NCBI GenBank assembly: GCA_964415255.1
Contig: CAYQAC010000009.1
Span: 214-64,213 of the forward strand
Source of the DNA: an uncultured Polyangiaceae bacterium
GTDB taxonomy: Bacteria > Myxococcota_A > Polyangia > Polyangiales > Polyangiaceae
Direction: 5' to 3'
Length of the DNA: 64,000 nt
Numbering within the stretch: position 1 is the stretch's first letter; each line of letters starts with the position of its first letter. This document shows, piece by piece, positions 53,105 through 61,303 of the stretch. The position numbers were made by a program, and so were the translations under genes. The notes below the pieces were generated by a model. That model saw only the letters and a list, made by a program, of their open reading frames with translations. It did no database searches and was not told the origin of the DNA.

Positions 53105-53869
53105 TCACTGCAGCGTGCGCTGCGCGGGCGGCCGCAGCGGCGGGCGACGATCCAAGATCTCTTGGGCGGTGGCGCGGCGCACAAGCGGCAGCGAAGGATC
53201 GGCCACCAGCTCGCTCAGATCCGTACGTGCGCACAGCGGCAAGAGCGGCATCGTGACCTCATCGGGGGAGCCAGGGTTCTGCAGCATGGATTGGCGCACG
53301 CGGCGCCGCGCGAGCCAGCGCGGTGAACAGGCGATCTGTTGGAGCACCGCGGGCGGCGCTGGGCGGCGCGCGGTCATGCGCAGCACGTCATCCAGGGTGA
53401 GGTGGGGGTTGCCGAGCAAGATGCTCGCGACCATCGGGTTCGGATCGGCGAGCAGGCGCGGGAAGTAGCGCCGGTCAGGGCGCCGCGCGAGGCTCCGGCG
53501 CTCACCCAGCGTCAGCTCGCGCGCGGCGCCATAGTCAGGCACACGTACTATAGGGGGCTCGGTGGGTGCGCCGCGGCGGAGCAGCCGCTCCAGGCTGAGG
53601 CGGCCGGTGGCGGTGGCTTCGCGGCTCAGCGCCTCGAGGCGTGGCGCGCCGGCTACGCGGTCCTCCGTGGCCATGCGGATCAGGCACAGCGCCACCGGGA
53701 GCATCGCCTCCGTCGCCGCGTCGTCGCTCGCCTCGCACTCCTCTGCTAGCTCGCCCAGCGCCTGGCACGCCTGGGTCAGGCTCCAGCTAGGGAGCGTCGC
53801 CTGGAGCCAGCGCGCGCGGAGCTCAAGCCCTGACAGGGCGAGCAGTCGTCGCTTCAGCGGGGCGTCCAT
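53105..53869 (-). CDS. hypothetical helical-repeat protein
   Basis: Start set at the internal ATG (MDAPLKRR). LLADPNPMVASILLGNPHLTLDDVLRM...LQNPGSP repeats. No family recognised. Confidence 0.5.
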   Translation of the reverse strand: MDAPLKRRLLALSGLELRARWLQATLPSWSLTQACQALGELAEECEASDDAATEAMLPVALCLIRMATEDRVAGAPRLEALSREATATGRLSLERLLRRGAPTEPPIVRVPDYGAARELTLGERRSLARRPDRRYFPRLLADPNPMVASILLGNPHLTLDDVLRMTARRPAPPAVLQQIACSPRWLARRRVRQSMLQNPGSPDEVTMPLLPLCARTDLSELVADPSLPLVRRATAQEILDRRPPLRPPAQRTLQ

Positions 53870-53883
53870 CGGCCTATGCTGCC

Positions 53884-53900
53884 TCGCCAAACCCCCGAAA
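53884..53900 (-). repeat. REP-C partial copy, reverse
   Basis: CGCCAAACCCCCGAAAA. Confidence 0.55.
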
Positions 53901-53961
53901 AGAAACAAAAGCTGCGCTTCGGTCCGCAGGCCTACGCTCGGGTCGCGGCTCCTTGGGTGCG

Positions 53962-53990
53962 TTGACGGCTGATCACAGGCGCGGCAAAGT
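53962..53990 (+). promoter_or_regulatory. candidate promoter of the RDD-MoxR operon, leaderless geometry
   Basis: TTGACG (53962-53967), 17-nt spacer, CAAAGT (53985-53990, weak -10). The GTG start at 53997 lies 7 nt after the -10. Confidence 0.25.
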
Positions 53991-53996
53991 CGCTGC

Positions 53997-54827
53997 GTGA
54001 GCGCGCCGCTGGACACCGTCGCGCTGATTGAGACACCCGAGCATGTCCGTTTTCGGTACCGCCTGGCGGGGCCCGCCCGGCGCGCGGTGGCCTACGGCGT
54101 GGACCTGATGGTGCGGGCGGTGGTGCTCGGCTTCTTCGGGATCTTGCTGCTCATCGCCGGCGCCGCGACGGGCTTCGACGAGCAGAGCGCCGGCTTCGGG
54201 GCGGGAGCCATGCTCACGCTGTTTTTCCTGGTGGAATGGTTCTACTTCGTGCTGTGCGAGATGCTCACGGGGGGGCGCAGCGTGGGCAAGGTGCTGCTCA
54301 AGCTGCGGGTGGTGAAGCAAGGCGGCGTGCCGCTCTCCTTCTCCGACAGCCTGCTCCGCAATTTGCTTCGTGGAGCTGACTTGTTGCCGAGCTTCTACGC
54401 CTTGGGGCTCTTGGTGATGACGCGCGACAAGAGCTTCCGTCGCCTGGGTGATCTGGTGGCAAACACCTTGGTGATCTCGGAGGAGGGCGCCAAGGTGAGC
54501 GGGCGGCTGATGATCGATCCGCCGCCCACCGCGCAGGAGCTCGCGCGCATCCCCGCGCGCCCTGGCCTCAGCGCTCAGGAGGTGGAGGCGCTGGAGCTGT
54601 TCATCAGCCGCTACGGCACCTTGGGTCAGGCGCGCCAGGAGGAGCTGGCGGAGATCATCGCGCCTGGCCTCGCCGCGCGGCTCGGCCTCAGCTACCGCAG
54701 CGCTGCGCGCTTCCTCGGCCTCCTGTACTTCCGCACCACGCACGGCGACAGCGCCCCCGCGCCCCTGCCGATCAAGTCAGCTAAGCTCACCTCCATGCCG
54801 CCCGAGTGGCACCGGTATGGAGCATGA
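53997..54827 (+). CDS. RDD-family membrane protein
   Basis: RFRYRLAGPARRAVAYGVDLMVR, TM pair, KLRVVKQGG, LLRGADLLP typical of the RDD domain. C-terminal soluble extension. Confidence 0.75.
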   Translation: MSAPLDTVALIETPEHVRFRYRLAGPARRAVAYGVDLMVRAVVLGFFGILLLIAGAATGFDEQSAGFGAGAMLTLFFLVEWFYFVLCEMLTGGRSVGKVLLKLRVVKQGGVPLSFSDSLLRNLLRGADLLPSFYALGLLVMTRDKSFRRLGDLVANTLVISEEGAKVSGRLMIDPPPTAQELARIPARPGLSAQEVEALELFISRYGTLGQARQEELAEIIAPGLAARLGLSYRSAARFLGLLYFRTTHGDSAPAPLPIKSAKLTSMPPEWHRYGA

Positions 54828-55942
54828 TCGGCCGCGATCAGTTCATCAGTGAGCGGTCGGCGCGCTGGGCGGAGCTGGAGCAGCTGTTGGGGCGGGGCGC
54901 GCTGCACCGCATGCCGCCAGCCAACATCAGCCGCGTCGCGGCGCTGTATCGGGTGGTGTGCGCGGACTTGATGCGCGCTCGGTCGCTGGGCGTCGGCTCG
55001 GACGTCACGCTCCACCTGGATGTGCTGGCGAGCCGCGCGCACAGCTTGCTCTACGCGCCGCGGCCGTATCGGCTGCGGGCGATTTGGGAGCTGGTGCAGT
55101 CGGGCTTCCCGGCGGCGTTCCGTCGCAACTGGCGCTTCAACTTGCTGGCGGCGGCCCTGTTTTATCTCCCCTTCGCCATCGGTTGGGTGGGGGCGCTCTC
55201 GTCGCTCGAGTTCGCGGAGTCGGTGTTGCCGCGCGCGGTGCTGCGGGGCCTCGCGGACGCTTACGCGGAGGGCTTCAGCTCAGGTCGCCAGGAGGGCGCC
55301 GACGCGATGATGGCGGGCTACTACGTCCACAACAACGTGGGCATCGCCTTCCGCTGTTTTGCCACCGGGATATTGTTCGGGTTCGGCAGTATGTTCTTCC
55401 TCGTCTACAACGGCCTGGTGACGGGGGCGGTGCTCGGCCACGTGATGGCGGAGGGGCACGGCGCGAACATCCTCACCTTCATCTGCGGCCACGGGCCGCT
55501 TGAGCTGAACGCGATCGTCGTGAGCGGCGCGGCGGGGCTGCAGATGGGGTACGCGCTGGTCAGCACGGGGGGGCGCACGCGGCTCGCGTCGCTCGGCGCG
55601 GCGGCGCCGGATCTGGTGGCGCAGATCGCAGGCGCCGCGTTGATGCTGCTGGGCGCCGCCGCGATTGAGGGGTTCTGGTCGCCCTCCTCGGTGCCCGCGC
55701 CCATCAAATGGGGATTCTCAGCCGTGCTCACCGTCTGCATCTTGGCGTACCTGCTGTTAGCGGGCCGCCCGCGGCGCGGGGCGCCTGGTGAGCGGGCAGC
55801 TGAGGTGAGCCGGCGTGGCGGCGCGCTCGGGAGCGACGGAGCGCCGCTCAGCCGCCGGGCGCACGAGCCGAGCGACGGAGCGCCGCTCAGCCGCAGGTTC
55901 ACTGATGATGACGTCGCGCCGGCAAGTCGGAGGCCTGCGTGA
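54824..55942 (+). CDS. SpoIIM/DUF95-family membrane protein
   Basis: ATGA overlap with the RDD gene. ERSARWAELEQLL, GILFGFGSMFFLVYNGLVTGAVLG, HGPLELNAIVVSGAAGL. C-terminal tail has a 13-aa repeat (SDGAPLSRR..). Confidence 0.75.
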   Translation: MIGRDQFISERSARWAELEQLLGRGALHRMPPANISRVAALYRVVCADLMRARSLGVGSDVTLHLDVLASRAHSLLYAPRPYRLRAIWELVQSGFPAAFRRNWRFNLLAAALFYLPFAIGWVGALSSLEFAESVLPRAVLRGLADAYAEGFSSGRQEGADAMMAGYYVHNNVGIAFRCFATGILFGFGSMFFLVYNGLVTGAVLGHVMAEGHGANILTFICGHGPLELNAIVVSGAAGLQMGYALVSTGGRTRLASLGAAAPDLVAQIAGAALMLLGAAAIEGFWSPSSVPAPIKWGFSAVLTVCILAYLLLAGRPRRGAPGERAAEVSRRGGALGSDGAPLSRRAHEPSDGAPLSRRFTDDDVAPASRRPA

Positions 55943-56721
55943 ACATCGAGCAGGCGCAGGTGGAGATCCGTCAGCGAGGCTTACTTGAGGTGATCGACCT
56001 CGCGTTTCGCTACGTGATGAGCCTCGGCGGCCGCCTCTACCTCAAGCTGTGGCTCCTGTTCTGCCTGCCCTGGGTGGTTGGGCTGTACGCCTGCGCGCGC
56101 CTGCTAGAAGTCTCATGGCTGTGGCTGTGGCTCATCGCCGTGTGCGTGGGGCAGGTGGTGCAGGCGGTGTTCACGGTGGCGGCGGGGCGCTTGATGTTCC
56201 AGCGCACGGCCACCGTCCGTGAGGTGATGGGCCAGCTGTTCTCACGCCTGGGGCCGCTGCTCGGCGCCTTGACCCTGAGCCGCGTGCTGCTCGCCTTGTC
56301 GAGCCTGGTCTTGATCATCACGCCCTTCGTGTGGGTGCGCTTCGCCTTCCTGCGGGAGGCGGTGCTGCTCGAGGGCGCCTCCAGCGCCAAGTCACTGGCT
56401 CGCGCGGGGCGCATCGTGCAGCACGATCTGGGCTTCACCCTGGGGCTCGGCTTGTGGCTCTTGCTGCTCACCGCTTGGGTGATGGTGGCGAGTGAGGTGC
56501 TCGGTCAGGCGCTGGTGCGCGACGTGCTGCAGCTCGGCGAGCCGCTCGGCAGCTACCGTGACGGCGGCTCCTTCTTCCTCCTCGCCGGCTACACCCTGAG
56601 CTGGGTGCTCAGCGGGACGCTGCGCTTCTTGGCTTACATCAACGTGCGCACCCGCTGGGACGGTTGGGACGTGCAGGTGCGCTTCATGGCGCTGCGAGCG
56701 CAGGCGAAGGAGGCGCGGTGA
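55939..56721 (+). CDS. conserved-cluster integral membrane protein (unassigned family)
   Basis: GTGA overlap with the upstream gene. About 5 TM segments. C-terminal RTRWDGWDVQVRF. Confidence 0.6.
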   Translation: MNIEQAQVEIRQRGLLEVIDLAFRYVMSLGGRLYLKLWLLFCLPWVVGLYACARLLEVSWLWLWLIAVCVGQVVQAVFTVAAGRLMFQRTATVREVMGQLFSRLGPLLGALTLSRVLLALSSLVLIITPFVWVRFAFLREAVLLEGASSAKSLARAGRIVQHDLGFTLGLGLWLLLLTAWVMVASEVLGQALVRDVLQLGEPLGSYRDGGSFFLLAGYTLSWVLSGTLRFLAYINVRTRWDGWDVQVRFMALRAQAKEAR

Positions 56722-58718
56722 CGGCGCGGCCGCTCAGGTGGCTCCTGGGGCTCGCGCTGTGCTCCATGCTCGGCCTGGCAGCATCGCCGGCGTTAGCGCA
56801 AGCCAGCCCCTGGCCGGACGACGACACCCTCTACGAGGTGGACCGCGCTCGTCAGCGTGAGATCCAAGCGCAGAAGGCTGAGCTTGAGGGCGACCTAGCG
56901 ACGGTGCTCGATTCGCGTTACCGCTTCTGTCACGACTTGGAGAGCCGGGTCCTTGAGGGTGACGCCGCCCTGTGTGATCTGAAGGCGATCGCGAAGGCGC
57001 GCTGCCCTGGCTTCGCGGCGGCCTGTGAGCAGCCGTTCGTGGAGTCGCACAGCCAGCGGCGGCGCCGGGCGGAGCGCGCGGAGGAGTCCAAGCTCAAGCT
57101 GCCGCCTTTGAGCGCTGGCTTCGGAGCGGTCGCGAAGGCGCTGTTCTGGGGCATGCTGCTCATGCTGCTGCTCTTGCTGGTGTGGGCCATCATCCGGGGC
57201 GCGCGCGCGCGCGAAGAGCCAGCCGCGGGCGATCTGGATGAGCCACAGGCGGACGATGTGGAGACCGCCGCAGGCGCCGCTCGACGTCGGCGGGTGGAGA
57301 CCGACGTCGAGCGCCTGCTCCGCCGGGCGCACGCGGAGGCGGCGGCGGGTCGCTTCGAGCAGGCGCTGGCCGACGCCTACGCGGCGCTGCTGCGCTACGT
57401 GGAGGGCCACGGGTACATCGACATGCACCCGAGCCTCACGAACGGCGAGTACGTTCGCGGGCTGCGCGAGCACCCGGAGCTGCGCGCCGCGGTTGAGCAG
57501 AGCGCGCGTGAGCTGGAGGCCGTGCAGTTCGGCGCCCGCGCGCCCTCAGCAGAGCGCTTCCGTGCGGTCGTGGAGCGGGTGACGAGGGTGGTGGGGCGCG
57601 GCGCTGCCCTGGCGCTCGCGCTGTGCCTCGCGCTCTCCACGGCGGCCTGCGATCAGCTCAGTCAGGGGGGCGCGCCGGGCCCCGGCGATGAGGCTGGGGG
57701 GTTCAGCTTGCTCGCCAGGCTGCTCGCGCAGCGCGGCGCCGTGGTGGAGCACCACGAGGGCGAGCAGAGCCTCAACCTGAGTGAGGGGCTCGACGTCGTG
57801 TTGGTGCACGGTCAGGTGGACTTACCAGAGGCGGAGTGGGAGCGGCTGCGCGCCTGGGCGGACGACGGCGGCATCCTCATCATCGCCTTGAACGCTCGGA
57901 CCCAGGGCTTCGCGCCCGAGGTCAGCCAGGGCGCCCCGATGCGCTGCGACACGCTCCAGGTCGCGCCAGCCTACGTGGACTACCATGGGCTCGCCCTCGC
58001 CGCGCCGGGCGACGGCTGGCTGCAAGGCCCAGAGCACTACTGGCCGGTGCTCCAGTGCGTGGCGAAGGACGGCAGCAGCTGGCCCCAGGTGATCGCCGGG
58101 AGCGTGGGCAGCGGCAGCGTGGTGATCTTGCCAGGCTCAGCGATGCTCACGAACGCCTCAATGGTGAGCGGTGATCACGCGTTCGTGGTGATGGAGCTGC
58201 TGTTTGGTCAGCCGGCCAGCGTGCTGTTCGTGAACGCGGAGGAACAGGTGGGGGAGGACAGCCCGGTGATGGCTGTTGCTCAAGGGCGCCTCGGGCCGAT
58301 TTTGCTCCAGCTGTTCGGGCTGATGGCGCTCTTTTATTGGCTCCGCGGCAAGCACTTTGGGCGCCCGCGGGCGCCCGAGCTGACGCGGCGCCGCGCGTTC
58401 AGTGAGCACGTGGAGGCGCTGGGCACGCAGTACCACAAGGCGGGTGCGTCGCGGCTGGCGCTCGGCATGTACGCCGGTTGGGCCATTGAGCGCCTGCGTG
58501 AGCGCGTGCTGCCCGGCAGGGGCGGCTCGCTGAGCGCGCTCGCGCAGGCGGTGGCGGCGCGCAGCGAGCGCCCAGAGGGTGAGGTGCTGCGGGTGCTGGT
58601 GGAGGGGGACTCCGCGCACAAGGCCCTCACGGCGCCGGGGGACAGAGTGGAAGATCAGCGGATCATGCGGGAGCTCGACGGGCTCCTCAGCGAGGCAGGA
58701 GGCAGCGTTGGACGTTAG
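56718..58718 (+). CDS. DUF4129-like plus DUF4350-like fusion protein
   Basis: GTGA overlap. Signal peptide LLGLALCSMLGLAASPALAQA. TM, then FEQALADAYAALLRYVEGHGYI...TNGEYVRGL (DUF4129-like). Second TM, then GGFSLLARLLAQRGAVVEHH (DUF4350-like). Confidence 0.65.
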   Translation: MTARPLRWLLGLALCSMLGLAASPALAQASPWPDDDTLYEVDRARQREIQAQKAELEGDLATVLDSRYRFCHDLESRVLEGDAALCDLKAIAKARCPGFAAACEQPFVESHSQRRRRAERAEESKLKLPPLSAGFGAVAKALFWGMLLMLLLLLVWAIIRGARAREEPAAGDLDEPQADDVETAAGAARRRRVETDVERLLRRAHAEAAAGRFEQALADAYAALLRYVEGHGYIDMHPSLTNGEYVRGLREHPELRAAVEQSARELEAVQFGARAPSAERFRAVVERVTRVVGRGAALALALCLALSTAACDQLSQGGAPGPGDEAGGFSLLARLLAQRGAVVEHHEGEQSLNLSEGLDVVLVHGQVDLPEAEWERLRAWADDGGILIIALNARTQGFAPEVSQGAPMRCDTLQVAPAYVDYHGLALAAPGDGWLQGPEHYWPVLQCVAKDGSSWPQVIAGSVGSGSVVILPGSAMLTNASMVSGDHAFVVMELLFGQPASVLFVNAEEQVGEDSPVMAVAQGRLGPILLQLFGLMALFYWLRGKHFGRPRAPELTRRRAFSEHVEALGTQYHKAGASRLALGMYAGWAIERLRERVLPGRGGSLSALAQAVAARSERPEGEVLRVLVEGDSAHKALTAPGDRVEDQRIMRELDGLLSEAGGSVGR

Positions 58719-59673
58719 CGAGTTCAGTCAGACGTTTCATTCCATCGTGACCGAGATGTCGCGTGTGGTGGTGGGTCAAGACGACGTGGTGGAGCACGTG
58801 CTCATCGCCGCGTTGGCGCGCGGTCACGTGCTCATTGAAGGGGTGCCGGGGCTCGGCAAGACGCTGCTCGTGCGCGCCTTGAGCCAGGTGGTCGGGGCGG
58901 ACTTTCGCCGCATCCAGTTCACGCCCGACCTGATGCCGAGTGACGTCACGGGTGGCAACGTGTACGACCAAGGTCAGGGGCGCTTCGTGTTCATGCCGGG
59001 CCCGGTGTTCACCCAGCTGCTGCTCGCCGACGAGATCAACCGCGCCCCCGCCAAGACGCAGAGCGCCCTGCTCGAGGCGATGCAAGATCGCAGCGTCACG
59101 ACCGACGGCGTGACGCGCCTGCTGCCCTCGCCGTTCCTCGTGATCGCCACGCAGAACCCGGTGGAGTCGCAGGGCACCTACCCGCTGCCTGAGGCGCAGC
59201 TCGATCGCTTCCTGCTGAAGGTGCAGGTGACTCACCCCTCGCGCGCCGCTGAGCAGCAGATCTTGACGAACTACCTCCACGGCTTCGACCCAACGGACCT
59301 CAGCCGCATCGGGCTCGAGCAGCGCATCGACGCCGCGCGGCTGCTCGAGATGCAGCAGCTCATCCACAGCGTGCGCGTCGACGCGGAGCTGGTGGCGTAC
59401 ATCGCGGACATCGTGGGGCGCACCCGGGCGCACCGCTCGGTTTACCTCGGCGCGTCGCCGCGCGCGTCCATCGGCTTGCTCACCACGGCGCGCGCGCGCG
59501 CGGCGACTCAGGGGCGCGATTTCGTCATCCCGGATGACGTGAAGGTGTTCGCGCCGGGGGTGCTCCGTCACCGCCTCATCCTCCACCCGGATGCCGAGCT
59601 GGAGGGCACCACCGCAGACGACTGCGTGGACGCCATCCTGCGCGCCGCCCCCGTGCCCCACACCGCCGCTTAG
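58708..59673 (+). CDS. moxR: MoxR-family AAA+ ATPase
   Basis: TTG start after GGCAGGAGG, 11-nt overlap with the upstream gene. VVVGQDD, Walker A GVPGLGKT, Walker B LLADEINRAPAKTQSALLEAMQ, ATQNP, GASPRA. Confidence 0.9.
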   Translation: MDVSEFSQTFHSIVTEMSRVVVGQDDVVEHVLIAALARGHVLIEGVPGLGKTLLVRALSQVVGADFRRIQFTPDLMPSDVTGGNVYDQGQGRFVFMPGPVFTQLLLADEINRAPAKTQSALLEAMQDRSVTTDGVTRLLPSPFLVIATQNPVESQGTYPLPEAQLDRFLLKVQVTHPSRAAEQQILTNYLHGFDPTDLSRIGLEQRIDAARLLEMQQLIHSVRVDAELVAYIADIVGRTRAHRSVYLGASPRASIGLLTTARARAATQGRDFVIPDDVKVFAPGVLRHRLILHPDAELEGTTADDCVDAILRAAPVPHTAA

Positions 59674-59730
59674 AGTCCGTGCCCCACACCGCCGCTTAGA
59701 GTCCGTGCCCCACACCGCCGCTTAGAGTCC
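59653..59730. repeat. Perfect 26-bp tandem repeat x3 spanning the moxR stop
   Basis: GTGCCCCACACCGCCGCTTAGAGTCC at 59653, 59679 and 59705. The first copy encodes the last 6 codons plus TAG of moxR. Confidence 0.97.
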
Positions 59731-59808
59731 CTGCTGCGCGCCGCTCCCTTTCGCTGCGCTCCAGTTGTCTGCTTCGAGAACCCAGCTCACCGCGCCCAGA
59801 GAACCGTC

Positions 59809-61113
59809 ATGTTGCCGAGCCGCGCCTTCGTCCTGTTGATGCTCGGGCCCCTGTGCCTCGCGGTCTTCACGCTGTTCGACCCGAGCTACTGGCGGCTAAT
59901 GCTGGCGATCGATCTGACGATTGTGCTGGTGGCGCTGGTCGATCTCGCGTTCGCCTGGCGTCCGCTCATCAGCGTGACGCGGTCGGCGCAATCGGTGTTC
60001 TCCCTCGGGCGCGCGAACCCGGTGACGCTCACGCTGCGGAGCCGCGCCAAGCGCCGCTTATCAGTCACAGTGACTGACGACTTATTCGAGCAGGCCACGT
60101 CAGAGGACCTGCCGCTGACGGTCAGTGTGCCTGCCGGTGGTCGGGTGCAGGTGGGCTACCATGTGAGGCCGCGGCGCCGTGGGGCGCACGTGCTCGGCAT
60201 GCACCACGTGCGCTACCCCTCACCGCTCGGCCTGTGGCAGCGCCAGCTCAACCTCCCGGCTGAGAGCCCGGTGCGCGTGTACCCGGATCTTGAGGCGATG
60301 CGGATGTACGATCTGATGGCGCGTCAGGCGCGCGAGCTGGAGCTGGTGCGCGCCACGCGCTTGCGCGGCAACGAGAGCGAGTTCGAGCGGCTGCGGGAGT
60401 ACACCCGGGACGACGACTACCGCTCGGTGGACTGGAAGGCGACCGCGCGCCGTCAGAGCCTCATCTGCCGGGAGTATCAGCTGGAGAGCAACCAGAGCCT
60501 GGTGTTCATGCTCGACGCGGGGCGCTCCATGACCTCCGAGAGCGACGGCATCGCGCGCTTCGATCACGCGCTGAACGCCACCTTGATGCTGAGCCACGTC
60601 GCGGTGCGCGGCGGTGACCGCGTGGGGCTCATGGGGTTCGATGAGTCGGTGCGCGCCTTCGTGGCGCCAGCGAGCGGCGCGCGCGCCGCGCGGCAGCTGA
60701 TTCAAGCGAGCTACGACTTGCACCCCGACCTGGTGGAGCCGGACTACGACGAGGCCTTCGACTACCTGTCGCTGCGCGTGCGCCAGCGCGCGCTGGTCAT
60801 CCTGTTCTCCCACGTGATGGACGAGCAGGTGGGCGCCACCTTGGTGAAGCGCGCGGCGGCGCTGTCGCGTCGTCACCTCCCGCTGGTGGTGTTGTTCCGC
60901 GACGCGGAGGTGGAGCGCCTGGCGGCGGCGCCACTCGTGGGGCCCGGGGGCCTCTACACGCGCGGAGCGGCCGCGGAGATTTTACGCTGGCAGGCGGGGC
61001 TCGTGCGGGAGCTGCGGCGCGCTGGAGCGCAGGTGCTGGATGTATTCCCGCGCGAGCTCACGCCGGCGCTCATCAATCGCTATTTGGAGATCAAGGGGCG
61101 GCGGCTGTTGTGA
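59809..61113 (+). CDS. DUF58 (vWA-like) protein
   Basis: Two N-terminal TM segments. EYTRDDDYRSVDWKATARRQSLICREYQLE, VFMLDAGRSM. Confidence 0.88.
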   Translation: MLPSRAFVLLMLGPLCLAVFTLFDPSYWRLMLAIDLTIVLVALVDLAFAWRPLISVTRSAQSVFSLGRANPVTLTLRSRAKRRLSVTVTDDLFEQATSEDLPLTVSVPAGGRVQVGYHVRPRRRGAHVLGMHHVRYPSPLGLWQRQLNLPAESPVRVYPDLEAMRMYDLMARQARELELVRATRLRGNESEFERLREYTRDDDYRSVDWKATARRQSLICREYQLESNQSLVFMLDAGRSMTSESDGIARFDHALNATLMLSHVAVRGGDRVGLMGFDESVRAFVAPASGARAARQLIQASYDLHPDLVEPDYDEAFDYLSLRVRQRALVILFSHVMDEQVGATLVKRAAALSRRHLPLVVLFRDAEVERLAAAPLVGPGGLYTRGAAAEILRWQAGLVRELRRAGAQVLDVFPRELTPALINRYLEIKGRRLL

Positions 61114-61170
61114 GCGTGGGGCAGCGCCGCATGCGTGAATGAGCTACATCGCGATCGGAGCATGGGGGAT

Positions 61171-61196
61171 CAGGGGGTTAGACGGCACCGCGCTGC
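61171..61196 (+). repeat. REP-C copy, forward
   Basis: CAGGGGGTTAGACGGCACCGCGCTGC. Inverted pair with the 61223 copy. Confidence 0.8.
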
Positions 61197-61222
61197 TTCG
61201 GCGCTGCGTGCATGGGTGCTCC

Positions 61223-61250
61223 GCGCGGCGCCTCGCCAAACCCCCAAAAC
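61223..61250 (-). repeat. REP-C copy, reverse
   Basis: GCGCGGCGCCTCGCCAAACCCCCAAAAC. Confidence 0.8.
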
Positions 61251-61303
61251 TTGCGCCCGAGTGGTTCGCCGGGGTGAAGGATTGCGTGTAGGCTTGCCGC
61301 CCG

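Noticed and set aside
4551-61250. REP-C motif (..TTGGCACCGCGCTG..) as a family of sigma-54 promoters
   Set aside because: GG-to-GC spacing is off by one relative to TGGCAC-N5-TTGC and the -12 TTGC is absent. Copies occur in both orientations and in convergent gaps where no promoter is expected.
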